Assembly: GCA_965206595.1 (NCBI GenBank)
Contig: OZ242214.1
Coordinates: 5,824,001-5,888,000 of the forward strand
Direction: 5' to 3'
DNA: 64,000 nt
Origin: Candidatus Latescibacterota bacterium
GTDB lineage: Bacteria; Latescibacterota; UBA2968; UBA8231
The notes under the pieces were generated by a model. The model was not told where the DNA came from and did not search any database. It worked only from the letters and a program-made list of their open reading frames with translations. Positions 47,279 to 57,113 of the stretch are shown one piece after another. The position numbers and the translations under genes are program-made. The stretch's first letter is position 1; every line of letters begins with the position of its first letter.

Positions 47279-49246
47279 CTACCAGTCGTGTACCCGGTGG
47301 CCCTCCACCGGAAACCAGATTACGTCGACCACCCCGGAAAGCACCACCGCCACCACGTAGCCGATCCCCATGCCGTAGAAGAACGGCTTGCCGGCGCGGT
47401 AGGCGCGCACGCCGCCGTAGCGGAGCAGGAGGAGCTTGGCGACCCAGACGAGGAAGAGGCTGAACCAGTAGATGCCGGTCCCCGCGGTGTGCTGGAACGC
47501 CAGGCCCATCGGGTGCAGCGGGAACCAGTAGAAGCGGCCGCGCAGGAAGGCGAGCGCCCAGGCCTCGAAGAAGCCGGTGAGCCAGATCCCCCACTTGCCG
47601 GGATCGAACACGCGCGGGTTCTGGACGAGGTGGGATGTCTGGTCGTAGATCATCCTGAAGGCCCCCATCAGGTGGGTCGTGCCGCCGTGCTCATAGGCGG
47701 TCTCGAGGCTGGCCCAGACCGCGACCAGGAAGCCGGTGGGAAAGGCGACCAGCACCGCGGCGATCACGAAGCCCGGCTGCTCGCGCAGCGAGAAGATGCG
47801 GAAGTGGTGGGGCAGCGCCGGCCACGCCGGCAGCCGGATGTTTCCGAAGAAGGCGTTGCCGGTGAACATCTTGAAGGCCACCACCTGCTGCGAGGAAAGC
47901 CGCGACGACCCGATCAGGTCGGTGATCAGCGCCTCCCCCTTGGCGTGCGCCCAGTTCGGCATCAGGTAGGGGAACCCGGTGGCCGCTATCAGCTTGACGA
48001 TCACGAAGAAGGAGGTCGCCATGGCGGCGAAGGCGATCACCGCCACCGGCAGGCTGGCGCCGAGGTGGATCCCCCAGGCGACGACGGCCGCTCCCGAAAG
48101 CACCAGCCCGGCAACGGCCAGGCGGTAGCGCCGCACGTCCGCCCGGTCCCCTTCGCCAAAGCGCACCTGGCGCCACACCTCCTTCAGGTGGCGGCGCGCC
48201 AGCCAGACCGACCAGGCGGCGACGAAGACCATGGCGCCGTAGCTCTCCATCGACAGGATCTCCGCCCCCCGCATCTGCTGGCCCGACTCCCCGACCTCGA
48301 AGCCGACGGCGTCGAGGCCCCCGAGCTTGACGACCGACAGCAGGTAGAACAGCACCAGGCTGCCGAGAATGTCGAGGGGGCACAGGTAGGTCACCGCGAG
48401 AACGAACGGCAGGACGCGGAAAGTCAGTCCCGGGAACGGCTGCGGCAGGGTGATCCCCATCTGCCGCGTGTAGAGGATGAACTCCGGCAGGCCGAGGAAG
48501 AAGAAGGTGGCGACGTTGTAGAGCAGCGGCAGGAAGACGACGCCGAACCCGCCCCAGAAGAGCCGGGAGCGGAACAGGTCCGGCATGCGGCCGGCGCCGT
48601 CGAATCCCCGGGTCATGTCGAGCGGCATCTGCGCCAGCGGAAAGCTCAGCTTCTCCGCCTCGACCCACTGGCGCTGGAAGAGGATCACCAGGCAGATGCC
48701 GAACAGGAGCATGGCCGCCGACGCGGCCAGCCACTGCAGGGTCACCCAGATCCACCCGTCCCAGGGTAGCGGGGCTCCCTGGGGCAGCCCCATCCAGAAG
48801 TTGCCGATCACGCGCGGGGTCGCCTCCGGCAGGGCGTGCCAGGGCAGGTAGGGCAGCAGCAGGTCGCCCCACTGGTTCTCGGGGGTGGCCATGTACCCGG
48901 GGGCGGCGACGATGGCGATCCAGTAGTCGCTCCAGCCCCACTGCGGCAGCGCCCCGACGATCCAGAGCATGCTGAAGACGGTCAGCAGCTCCCCCCGGGT
49001 AAGGGCGAGGCGCGGCGACAGGCGCTTGAGGAGGACGTTGACGAACAGCCACATCACGAACGGCATCAGCGCCACCATCGGGAACTGCGAGCGCACGTAG
49101 CTGCCCGATCCGGAGGTGTGCCCCACCATCAGGATGAGATAGGTGAACTGGCCGGCGATGGTCAGGGCGCCGACGAGGATGCCGCGCAGGGTGATGCGCA
49201 GGCTTGCGCCCTCGTCCGCGGCTCGCGGCCGGGTCTTTTCAGTCAC
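47279..49246 (-). CDS. DUF6785/DUF6784-type multi-pass membrane protein (putative peptide transporter)
   Basis: QRQWVEAEKLSFPLAQMP, WFPLHPMG, LRYGGVRAYRAGKPFFYG; many TM helices; GTG start inferred. Confidence 0.7.
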   Translation of the reverse strand: MTEKTRPRAADEGASLRITLRGILVGALTIAGQFTYLILMVGHTSGSGSYVRSQFPMVALMPFVMWLFVNVLLKRLSPRLALTRGELLTVFSMLWIVGALPQWGWSDYWIAIVAAPGYMATPENQWGDLLLPYLPWHALPEATPRVIGNFWMGLPQGAPLPWDGWIWVTLQWLAASAAMLLFGICLVILFQRQWVEAEKLSFPLAQMPLDMTRGFDGAGRMPDLFRSRLFWGGFGVVFLPLLYNVATFFFLGLPEFILYTRQMGITLPQPFPGLTFRVLPFVLAVTYLCPLDILGSLVLFYLLSVVKLGGLDAVGFEVGESGQQMRGAEILSMESYGAMVFVAAWSVWLARRHLKEVWRQVRFGEGDRADVRRYRLAVAGLVLSGAAVVAWGIHLGASLPVAVIAFAAMATSFFVIVKLIAATGFPYLMPNWAHAKGEALITDLIGSSRLSSQQVVAFKMFTGNAFFGNIRLPAWPALPHHFRIFSLREQPGFVIAAVLVAFPTGFLVAVWASLETAYEHGGTTHLMGAFRMIYDQTSHLVQNPRVFDPGKWGIWLTGFFEAWALAFLRGRFYWFPLHPMGLAFQHTAGTGIYWFSLFLVWVAKLLLLRYGGVRAYRAGKPFFYGMGIGYVVAVVLSGVVDVIWFPVEGHRVHDW

Positions 49247-49374
49247 GGGACGGGTGCAATCGAGGGTCTGGTTGCATAGATTGGCGGGCCGCCAGGGGGC
49301 CGGGGGCAAGCGGGAGCGAGGGGTTTCGTTTCAGTCCCGGCGGTCCCGACAGCAGATACATGACCGGAGGATAC

Positions 49375-50484
49375 ATGCCGAAGAATACCGTTCTCGAACC
49401 GGGGGTTCCCGCGCAGGCCGGCCTCTCGGCCGAGCGCCTGGAACGGGCCGCCGGCCTGCTGCAGTCCGCCCTGGAGGAGAAGGCGGTTACGGCCGCGACG
49501 ATCGCGGTCGCAAGGAGGGGAAAACTGGTCCTTTCCCGGGGGTTCGGCCACCTGCAGCCGCGCGACGGCTCCCCGGAGGTGCAGCCGGATTCGATTTTCC
49601 TGCTCGCCTCGATCAGCAAGCCGGTGGCCGCCTGCAGCGTCATGCAGCTCGTCGACCGCGGCCTCGTCTCCCTCGACGACCCCGTCAACCTCCACATCCC
49701 CGAGTTCATCGGCTGGGAGCGCGCCAAGATCCGCGTCTCCCACCTGCTGTCCCACGTCTCGGGAATGCCGGACATGCTCCCGGAGAATGTCCCTCTGCGG
49801 CGGGCGCACGCGCCGCTCAGCGCCTTTGTCGAGGGGGCGATACGGACGCGGTTGCTCTACGAGCCCGGGACCTCGTTCCGCTACCAGAGCAAGGGCATCC
49901 TGCTGGCCGCCGAGATCGTCGAGCGCGTCACCGGCGAACGCCTGCGCGACTTCCAGGAGCGCGAGCTGTTCGCGCTCCTGGGGATGAAAGGAAGCGCTCT
50001 CGGCCTCGGCGACTTCGCCATTCCCGACACCGTCTGGTGCGGCACCAACATGGAGGAGGGCGACGAGGCGAGGAGCTGGGGGCAGAACAGCCCCTACTGG
50101 CGCGACCAGGGCCATCCCTGGGGGGGAATGCACAGCTCGGCACCCGACCTCGCGGCGCTGCTGCAGACCGTCCTCAACGGCGGCTCCTACGGCGACGCCG
50201 AGGTCTTCAGTCCGGCCGCCTGCGCGGCGATGACGGCGAACAGGAACGGCCATCTCGACGCCCCCTGGGGCCTCGGCTGGGCGCTGCGCGACTCCAAGGT
50301 CTGGAGCTTCTTCGGCGAGCTGGTGTCGGAGGGCACCTTCGGGCACGTCGGCGCCACCGGGACCGTGGCCTGGGCCGACCCCGAACGCGACCTGGTCTGC
50401 GTCGTGCTCACCAACCAGATGGTCGCCGCCGGCAGCCTGCTGAGGCGGGTGTCGAACGCCGTCGCCGCGGCGGTGGCCGACTGA
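49375..50484 (+). CDS. Serine hydrolase, beta-lactamase family (class C-like esterase/peptidase)
   Basis: SISK, LLSHVSG, FRYQS, FGHVGATGT; GGAGG RBS. Confidence 0.9.
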   Translation: MPKNTVLEPGVPAQAGLSAERLERAAGLLQSALEEKAVTAATIAVARRGKLVLSRGFGHLQPRDGSPEVQPDSIFLLASISKPVAACSVMQLVDRGLVSLDDPVNLHIPEFIGWERAKIRVSHLLSHVSGMPDMLPENVPLRRAHAPLSAFVEGAIRTRLLYEPGTSFRYQSKGILLAAEIVERVTGERLRDFQERELFALLGMKGSALGLGDFAIPDTVWCGTNMEEGDEARSWGQNSPYWRDQGHPWGGMHSSAPDLAALLQTVLNGGSYGDAEVFSPAACAAMTANRNGHLDAPWGLGWALRDSKVWSFFGELVSEGTFGHVGATGTVAWADPERDLVCVVLTNQMVAAGSLLRRVSNAVAAAVAD

Positions 50485-51440
50485 TGCCCGCGGCCATTCC
50501 CGAGTGCACCCTCGGGTCGACCGGAATAACCGCCACCGCCCTGGGAATCGGCGGTTACATCGGCGGCCTGGAGCATCCCGGCGCCACCGCGGCCGAGCGC
50601 CGGGACGCCGGCGTCGCCGCGGTCCAGCGCGCCGCCGAACTCGGCATCCGCTACTTCGACACCTCCCCGGCGTACGGGGCCGAAGGCGAGGCCCAGGAGC
50701 TGCTCGGCCTCGGGCTGCGCAGCCTGACCGAAGAGCAGCGGGCGGGGATCACCCTGTCGACGAAGGCCGGCACCCATCCCGAGCGCCACCACCGGTACGA
50801 CCGCGACTCCATCCTGTGGTCGGTCGACGAGAGCTTGCGGCTGCTGTTCAGCGACCACATCGACGTCCTGCTGGTGCACGACCCGGCCGGAGACGGGCAC
50901 ATGGACCGGGCGCTCGCACCCGGGGGCGCGGTCGAGGCCCTCGAGGAGCTCAAGGAGCAGGGCGCCATCGGCGCCATCGGGCTGGGGGTGCAGAGCCATG
51001 CCCTGCAGAGGCGCGCCATCGACAGCGGCCGCTTCGACGTCATCCTGCCTTCGTACGACTACCACCTGACGCGAACCAGCGCCGCTCCCCTCCTGCGGGA
51101 CGCGGCCTCCAGGGGGATCGGCGTTATCAATGCCTCTCCCTACAACTCCGGCATTCTCGCCGGGCTGGACCCGTCCGAGTCGGCGAAGCGCCGCGGTGCC
51201 TCCCCCGTCGATCTAGAGGCGGCGACCAGGGTGTGGGACTGGTGCCGCGAGCGCGAGGTCGACATCGGGGTCTTGGCCGTGCAGTTCAGCTTCCGCTGCC
51301 CCGACGTCGACGCTACCCTCGTCGGCCCGCGCACCGCCTCCGAGGTGGAGGAGAACGTGCGCCACGCGACCACGGAGATTCCCGCGGAGACCTGGGAGGA
51401 GTTCGGGCGCTTCCAGTCGACCCTGCCCGGCATGCATTAG
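50484..51440 (+). CDS. Aldo/keto reductase
   Basis: TGATG coupling; YFDTSPAYG, LSTKAG, LLVHDP. Confidence 0.92.
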   Translation: MPAAIPECTLGSTGITATALGIGGYIGGLEHPGATAAERRDAGVAAVQRAAELGIRYFDTSPAYGAEGEAQELLGLGLRSLTEEQRAGITLSTKAGTHPERHHRYDRDSILWSVDESLRLLFSDHIDVLLVHDPAGDGHMDRALAPGGAVEALEELKEQGAIGAIGLGVQSHALQRRAIDSGRFDVILPSYDYHLTRTSAAPLLRDAASRGIGVINASPYNSGILAGLDPSESAKRRGASPVDLEAATRVWDWCREREVDIGVLAVQFSFRCPDVDATLVGPRTASEVEENVRHATTEIPAETWEEFGRFQSTLPGMH

Positions 51441-51519
51441 TGGCCGCCCCTGAGGAGATTCCGCGCTGACCTGGCTGCCCGGCCAGGTCCCCGACTCGCC
51501 GGATTCAGGAAAGCGGACG

Positions 51520-52614
51520 ATGAGAATCACCGGCCTCGACATCCACGAAGTCGCCGTTGACGAGCGCCAAAGCTGGGTCTTCGTGCAGGTGCACGCCGGC
51601 AACGGCTTCAGCGGCCTCGGGGAGATGAACCCGTCGGCGCCGCGGCGGGCATGCCTCGACGCGGTCCTGGAGATCGGGGAAGCCCTGCAAGGCCGCGACC
51701 CGCGGCAGATCGCCGAAATCTCAGCCAGCCTCGAACCGGAGAAACTCGACCGCGCCGGGGTGCACGCCTTCAGCGCCGTCGGGCAGGCCCTGTGGGACAT
51801 CCTCGGCAAAAGCCTGGGGAAACCGGTTCACGCCCTCTTCGGGGAGCGCCTTCACCGGGAGATACCCGTGTACGCCAACATCACCCGGGGCACCCGCGAG
51901 CTGACCCCGCAGGCGTTCGCGCGCAGCGCCGCCGGGGCCGGGGCCGACGGCTTCGCAGCGATGAAGCTGGCTCCGTTCGGAGGGGAGCTGATGAAGCGCG
52001 ACCGGGCGGCCGCCATCGCCAACGGCATCGAGTGCGTCCGCGCCGTGCGCGAAGCCATCGGCCCGGGGGCGGACCTGATGCTCGACTGCTACGGCATCTT
52101 CAGCGCCGGCGAAGCCCTGGAGATCGCCCGCGGCGTCGCCGACCTCGGCCTCTTCTGGCTCGAGGAGCCGGTGGCCGAGGACGACGTCGAGGGGTACCGC
52201 CGGGTCAGGGGGGAGACCGGCCTGCGGCTCGCCGGGGGGGAGCGCTTCATGTTTTGCCGGGGATTCCGCCCGGCCCTGGAGGCGGCGCAGTTCGACGTGG
52301 CGATGCCGGACGCGACCATAGTCGGCGGCGCCGGCGAGTTGTGGGAGGTGGCCGGCATGGCCGCGGCTCGGGGGATCGCCACCGCACCGCACGGACCGTT
52401 CGGGCCGGTGCTCGCTGCGGTGCAGGCCCAGGTGATGGCGGCGCAGCCCTCGTTCCTGATCCTCGAGCACGCCTGGGGCCAGGTGCCGTGGCGCGAAGAC
52501 CTGGTGCAGCCGCGCGAAACGGTGCGGGGCGGCCGGCTGCGGCTGCCCGGGGGACCGGGGTACGGCATCGAGCTGAACCTCGAGGAGGTGGCGGCGCGTG
52601 CTCTGCGTCGCTAG
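51520..52614 (+). CDS. Mandelate racemase/muconate lactonizing enzyme family (galactonate dehydratase-like)
   Basis: ALWDILGK, LMLD, WLEEP, AGGE, APHGP, GPGYGIE. Confidence 0.9.
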   Translation: MRITGLDIHEVAVDERQSWVFVQVHAGNGFSGLGEMNPSAPRRACLDAVLEIGEALQGRDPRQIAEISASLEPEKLDRAGVHAFSAVGQALWDILGKSLGKPVHALFGERLHREIPVYANITRGTRELTPQAFARSAAGAGADGFAAMKLAPFGGELMKRDRAAAIANGIECVRAVREAIGPGADLMLDCYGIFSAGEALEIARGVADLGLFWLEEPVAEDDVEGYRRVRGETGLRLAGGERFMFCRGFRPALEAAQFDVAMPDATIVGGAGELWEVAGMAAARGIATAPHGPFGPVLAAVQAQVMAAQPSFLILEHAWGQVPWREDLVQPRETVRGGRLRLPGGPGYGIELNLEEVAARALRR

Positions 52615-52732
52615 CCGGGGGCCTCCCTTCGGCCCGGGGCAAATTGCCCGGCCTCGACTTCAGGGCGAGTATCATCATCGCTGCCGGCGAGTGCAGCGGA
52701 TTTCGCCCAATTCACCGAAACAAGGAGACGAC

Positions 52733-53356
52733 ATGAGAGTAGTAGCAGTCGGTTGCGAGTACTCCGGAGTGAGCACCCTGATAAACCGGATCTACGCCTG
52801 GGGCCAGGAGCGGGGGATCAATCATCACCTCGACGACCACTTCACCATCCCCGACGCCTCCCATCTCGACGAGGAAGAGCAGCGGGCCATGCTCGACATG
52901 CTGCCGGCGATCAAGGAGCGCTTCCAGCGCTTCCAGATCGTCTATCACATTCGCCTGCTGCACCGCTACGAACACATCCTGATGGGGGGCTTCCATATAG
53001 AGGAGGCGGTCTACGGACCGCGCTACTACTACCCCGGGAAAAACGTCCACGTCCGCGAGTACGAGCCGGACATGCCGGACGACGTGATCCTCGTGCATCT
53101 GCACGCGCGCCCCGAGGTGATCCGCCGCCGCAGCGAAAGCGACCCCCACCCTCACCAGATGGTGCCGGACAGCGACGTCGAGGAGGTGCTCGAGCAGTTC
53201 CGCAGCGAGTTCGCCCAGTCCTGGATTCGCCGCCGGTTCGACATCGACACCTCCGACCTGACCCCCGGCGAGCTGCTCGAGCAGTTCCTCGAGCGCTCGA
53301 TTCCCCACCTGAACCCCACCGACGCCCTCACCCGGCTCCAGACCCGAGAGGGCTGA
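52733..53356 (+). CDS. Hypothetical protein, NMP-kinase-like fold with atypical P-loop
   Basis: AAGGAG RBS; VVAVGCEYSGVST, ILVHLHARPEVIRRR, IDTSDLT resemble dNK/TMK topology. Confidence 0.65.
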   Translation: MRVVAVGCEYSGVSTLINRIYAWGQERGINHHLDDHFTIPDASHLDEEEQRAMLDMLPAIKERFQRFQIVYHIRLLHRYEHILMGGFHIEEAVYGPRYYYPGKNVHVREYEPDMPDDVILVHLHARPEVIRRRSESDPHPHQMVPDSDVEEVLEQFRSEFAQSWIRRRFDIDTSDLTPGELLEQFLERSIPHLNPTDALTRLQTREG

Positions 53357-53357
53357 A

Positions 53358-54506
53358 ATGAAGATCGTCGACGTCGGAGCCGTCCTCCTTCAACCGACTC
53401 CGTGGGTGCTGGTGAAGGTGCGCACCGACGAAGGGATCACCGGCATAGGGGAGGCCTACCACGGAGCCGGCGTCCACCACATCGCCGTCGACGAGCGCCT
53501 CACCCGGCGCGCCCTCATCGGCCAGGACCCGCGCAACGTCGACAGGCTCTTCCGCGACATGAAGAGCTCGATGTCGGCCTCGGGGTATTACCAGGGAGCG
53601 GTGATGAGCGCCATCAGCGGCATCGAGATGGCCCTGTGGGACATCACCGGGCAGGCGCTCGGGGTGCCGATCTGGCAACTGCTCGGGGGGGCCTGGCGCG
53701 ACTCCATCCGCATATACAACGACTGTCACGCCGGGGAGGACGAGGAGGACCCCGCCTCCTGGGCGGCCAAGGCGAAAGCGGTGGAAGCGCGCGGCTTCGA
53801 CGCCATCAAGTTCGACATCGATCCGCGCCCCGACCGGCGCGATCGCTACAACCGCACCATGAGCAACCGCGACATCGCCTTCCACATCGAGGTGGTCACC
53901 GCGATCCGCGAAGCGCTGCATCCCGACACCGACCTGCTCATCGACGCCCACTGGGCCTACGCGCCCCACGACATCCTCAAGGTCGCCTACGCGTTCGAGG
54001 AGCTGGACCTGATGTGGCTGGAAGACCCGATTCCCGCGGAGAACGTCGCCGCCCTCAGGGAGGTCAAGGCGGCGACGCGCGTCCCGATCTGCACCGGCGA
54101 GAACCTGTACACCCGGCACGGGTTCCGCGAGCTGGTCGAGACCCAGGCGACCGACATCATCTCCCCCGACCTCGCCAAGGCGGGCGGCCTGTCCGAAGGT
54201 CGGCGCATCGCCGACCTGGCCGACATCTACTACATGCCGATCTCACCGCACAACATCTGCAGCCCGATCGGCACGATGGCGATGGCCCACGTCTGCGCCG
54301 CTTCCCCCAACTTCCAGGTTCTGGAGTTCCACCACCTCGACAACGAGGTCTGGAGCACTCTCACGGTGGAGCGCGACCTGATCGTCGACGGGCACATCCC
54401 CCTGCCGCGCGCTCCCGGCCTCGGCGTCACCCTCGACGAGGAGGCGGCGCGCCGCGGCGCGCGCGAGGACCTGGGGTTCTTCGACGAGGACGGAGGCGGC
54501 GGGTGA
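53358..54506 (+). CDS. Mandelate racemase/muconate lactonizing enzyme family protein
   Basis: GIEMALWDI, IKFD, LIDAH, WLEDP, TGENL, PHNICS. Confidence 0.93.
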   Translation: MKIVDVGAVLLQPTPWVLVKVRTDEGITGIGEAYHGAGVHHIAVDERLTRRALIGQDPRNVDRLFRDMKSSMSASGYYQGAVMSAISGIEMALWDITGQALGVPIWQLLGGAWRDSIRIYNDCHAGEDEEDPASWAAKAKAVEARGFDAIKFDIDPRPDRRDRYNRTMSNRDIAFHIEVVTAIREALHPDTDLLIDAHWAYAPHDILKVAYAFEELDLMWLEDPIPAENVAALREVKAATRVPICTGENLYTRHGFRELVETQATDIISPDLAKAGGLSEGRRIADLADIYYMPISPHNICSPIGTMAMAHVCAASPNFQVLEFHHLDNEVWSTLTVERDLIVDGHIPLPRAPGLGVTLDEEAARRGAREDLGFFDEDGGGG

Positions 54507-54696
54507 AAGAGGCAGGTTCTCTCCGGTAGGTCCGGGCACCCAAGGAAGGCAAAATCCGGAACAGCAGTATGGTCGAATTCGCGTGGGATGCCCGGGAAGG
54601 TCCCGGACTAGCGGACCAAGAGGATCTGGCCGAGAGCTACAGACTCCCCCCCTTCTGTTTAGAAATACACTCCGCTGGGGGATGCGCCCCACATTG

Positions 54697-54733
54697 AAAA
54701 GGGCCGGTCGCGCAGATTGACCGGCCCCTTTTT
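54697..54733. terminator. Bidirectional intrinsic terminator between convergent genes
   Basis: AAAA-GGGCCGGTCG-cgcagat-TGACCGGCCC-C-TTTTT. Confidence 0.8.
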
Positions 54734-54818
54734 ATGCCCCTGACCCTAATCCCAAGCCATAACTCACGGCACCGGGATTTCCTGACAAGGAACTCCAGCA
54801 ACGGAATCCGCTTCGAGC

Positions 54819-55727
54819 TCATGGAACTGCGGGGCTCTGCGGAGACTCATCCTCTGTCCGGCCACCCCGCCCCAGGGGGTACGGCTTGTCAGGCGAATTG
54901 GGCAGCCCGAAGCGGACCATGAGACCGCCGTTGGCGAACAGGCCGCCGAGTTGGAATCCTCGGGAGATCCCCGACGTCTTCCAGGCCTTGTCGAGATGGC
55001 GGTAACGGAACTCTCCGAACAGGACGACATCTCGATTCTCTCCAAGTGTGAAAAAGCCCGGGAAGTTGGCGCGCATTCCGAGGGAGAATGGAAAGGCGGT
55101 TCTGCTGTCGAGATTGCTGGAACGCAACGTGCCAGAGGAATTGCGGCCGCGCAGCTCGCCGCTGACGCGGGCAAAGCCGGCTCCTGCCACCAGTTCGAGA
55201 CGCATACCGGCCTCGGAGTAGAGGAGGTGATGGCCGGTCAGCTCCAGCGCCGTGACGGAGTGACGGGCGCCGTCGGAAAGATCTCCGAACCGGGATTCGA
55301 CCTCCAAGGCGACCAGCGACAGACCGGCGCCGCGGCTGTCCGAGAGGCGGTGCACGAAGCCTAATTCCCCCAGGCGGAAGTCGCCCAGCCTCCGCGCCCA
55401 CCCCGCGCTCGACCGCAGATGGAGACTGCGCGTCCAGTGAAACCAGGTTCGGCGCTGCAGGCGGCGCAGGTGGTTAAGCAGGAGGCCTTCGGTGGGGCTT
55501 CGAGGCGGATAGCGAAGGGAGTGCGGCGTCGGGATCACGTCGGGGGCCGGCAGGGTTGACGGCCCTCCTTCCCCCGGAGCAGGGGTCTCACCTGTCTGGC
55601 ACTCGACCGCATCCAGTACAGCGCTACCCTTCTTCAGGAAGGGGACATCAAGCTTTTCGAAGAGGGTGCCGGCAGCTTCGAGTTGGGGAACTGCAAGCAA
55701 CAGGGGGATGAAGACGACCCGGATTAT
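54819..55727 (-). CDS. Putative exported/outer-membrane beta-barrel-like protein, ATA start inferred
   Basis: AGGAGG-6nt-ATA gives signal peptide (M)IRVVFIPLLLAVPQLEA; C-terminal half has amphipathic strands (LVAGAGFA, LFGEFRYRHL, GGLFANGGLMVRF). Confidence 0.55.
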   Translation of the reverse strand: MIRVVFIPLLLAVPQLEAAGTLFEKLDVPFLKKGSAVLDAVECQTGETPAPGEGGPSTLPAPDVIPTPHSLRYPPRSPTEGLLLNHLRRLQRRTWFHWTRSLHLRSSAGWARRLGDFRLGELGFVHRLSDSRGAGLSLVALEVESRFGDLSDGARHSVTALELTGHHLLYSEAGMRLELVAGAGFARVSGELRGRNSSGTLRSSNLDSRTAFPFSLGMRANFPGFFTLGENRDVVLFGEFRYRHLDKAWKTSGISRGFQLGGLFANGGLMVRFGLPNSPDKPYPLGRGGRTEDESPQSPAVP

Positions 55728-55772
55728 GGCAAACCTCCTACTGGTAGCAGCTGGTAAACGTGAATGTATGGA

Positions 55773-56777
55773 TTAGCCTCCGGGCCGCCCCGCGGCGCCG
55801 CTCTCTATCGACGCGAACACCGCGTCGATCACCCGCATCTGCCCTAGGCTGTTCTGCGGCGAGATCCGGTACTCGCCGCCCCGTTCCAGGCAGTCGCGCA
55901 GGTGCTGCAGCTGCAGGGCGAACTGGTAGACCGGGGCGAAGTCGAAGCGGGCGCTGCCTCCGGCGAATTCGGCGTCGATGGCGGTTGGCTGGTTTTCGTT
56001 GTTCCAGGCCTTGTCGGCGCGTAGCCGCCCTCCGGTGCCGTGGACCTCGACGTACTGCGTCCCGTAATAGCTGAAACCGACGGCGATTTCCGCGGTGCCG
56101 CCGCCGGAAAACTCGAGCAGAATGGTGGTCTCCTCGTCGATCCCGGTGGGGCCGCGGCGGCAGACGGCGAACACGGTTTCCGGCTCGGCTCCGTAGATGA
56201 AGCGGGCGTGGTGGATGCAGTAGCAGGCGAGGTCGTAGACGGCGCCGCCGCCGCGCTCGGGATCCCAGCGCCAGTTGAGCTCCTTGCGAATCTGTGCGGC
56301 CGGGACGTTGGTGGCGAAGGTGCTTCTGACGGAGCGCACCTCGCCGACGGCGCCGGCGTCGACGAGCTCCTTCAGCTTCAGGTGCATCGGGTGGTGGCGA
56401 AACTTGAAGGCTTCGGCCAGCAGCACGCCCTTGGCCGTGGCGGCCTCGACCATGCGGGCGCACTCGGCCGCGGTGCAGGAGATGGGTTTCTCGACCAGGA
56501 TGCCCCGCACCTTTCCCGACTCGGCCGCGCGGATGGCGTGCTCGGCGTGGCTGTTGCCCCAGGTGCAGACCGACAGGGTGTCGAGGTTCTCCTGCTCGAG
56601 CATCTCCCCGAGATCGGTGTAGCGGCCGGCGACCTCGAACTGGTCGCCAAAGTGCTGCAGGGCTTCCTCGGAGACGTCGCACAGGGCGACGAGCTCGACC
56701 CCGCTCACCTTGCCCGCGGCGCGGGCATGGGCGCCGGCGATGCCTCCCGCGCCGATGATCCCCATTCTTAAGGCCAT
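55773..56777 (-). CDS. Gfo/Idh/MocA family oxidoreductase
   Basis: GIIGAGGIA, LVEKPI, FRHHP, GGGAVYDLACY; GGAGG RBS. Confidence 0.92.
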   Translation of the reverse strand: MALRMGIIGAGGIAGAHARAAGKVSGVELVALCDVSEEALQHFGDQFEVAGRYTDLGEMLEQENLDTLSVCTWGNSHAEHAIRAAESGKVRGILVEKPISCTAAECARMVEAATAKGVLLAEAFKFRHHPMHLKLKELVDAGAVGEVRSVRSTFATNVPAAQIRKELNWRWDPERGGGAVYDLACYCIHHARFIYGAEPETVFAVCRRGPTGIDEETTILLEFSGGGTAEIAVGFSYYGTQYVEVHGTGGRLRADKAWNNENQPTAIDAEFAGGSARFDFAPVYQFALQLQHLRDCLERGGEYRISPQNSLGQMRVIDAVFASIESGAAGRPGG

Positions 56778-57113
56778 CGCACCCACCTCCTTCAGTTTCC
56801 GGCGGCAATGTACGACAAGGGCCGGCGGGGCTGAATGCCGGCGTTCTGCGGGAACGGATGGGCGCGATCCCGCCGTCGAGAAGGATCCAGGGCGGGAAGC
56901 CTTGGCGGGACGTCCAAGAGACAGGACGCTGTTTGTTGGCGCCTCCAACGGGCGATTCTATATTGCCTGCCCGCTGACGAAGAGCCTGTCCAGGTTTCCA
57001 TTCGGTCGACGGCCGGGAGCTGACGTAGCGATCAGGTCTCGCCTCGAAGCGGATACCCCGGAACAGGCACCGGCGGCATTTCGACAACTCTTGCGACAAG
57101 GGAGCTCAACGAC

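Noticed and set aside
49375-50484. Antibiotic-resistance beta-lactamase
   Set aside because: No signal peptide; YQS and HVG replace YxN and KTG, and the catabolic context points to an esterase/peptidase
54545-54570. SRP (4.5S) RNA, suggested by TCCGGAA..AGCAG
   Set aside because: Lacks the CAGG internal-loop strand and the paired GNRA-capped helix of SRP domain IV
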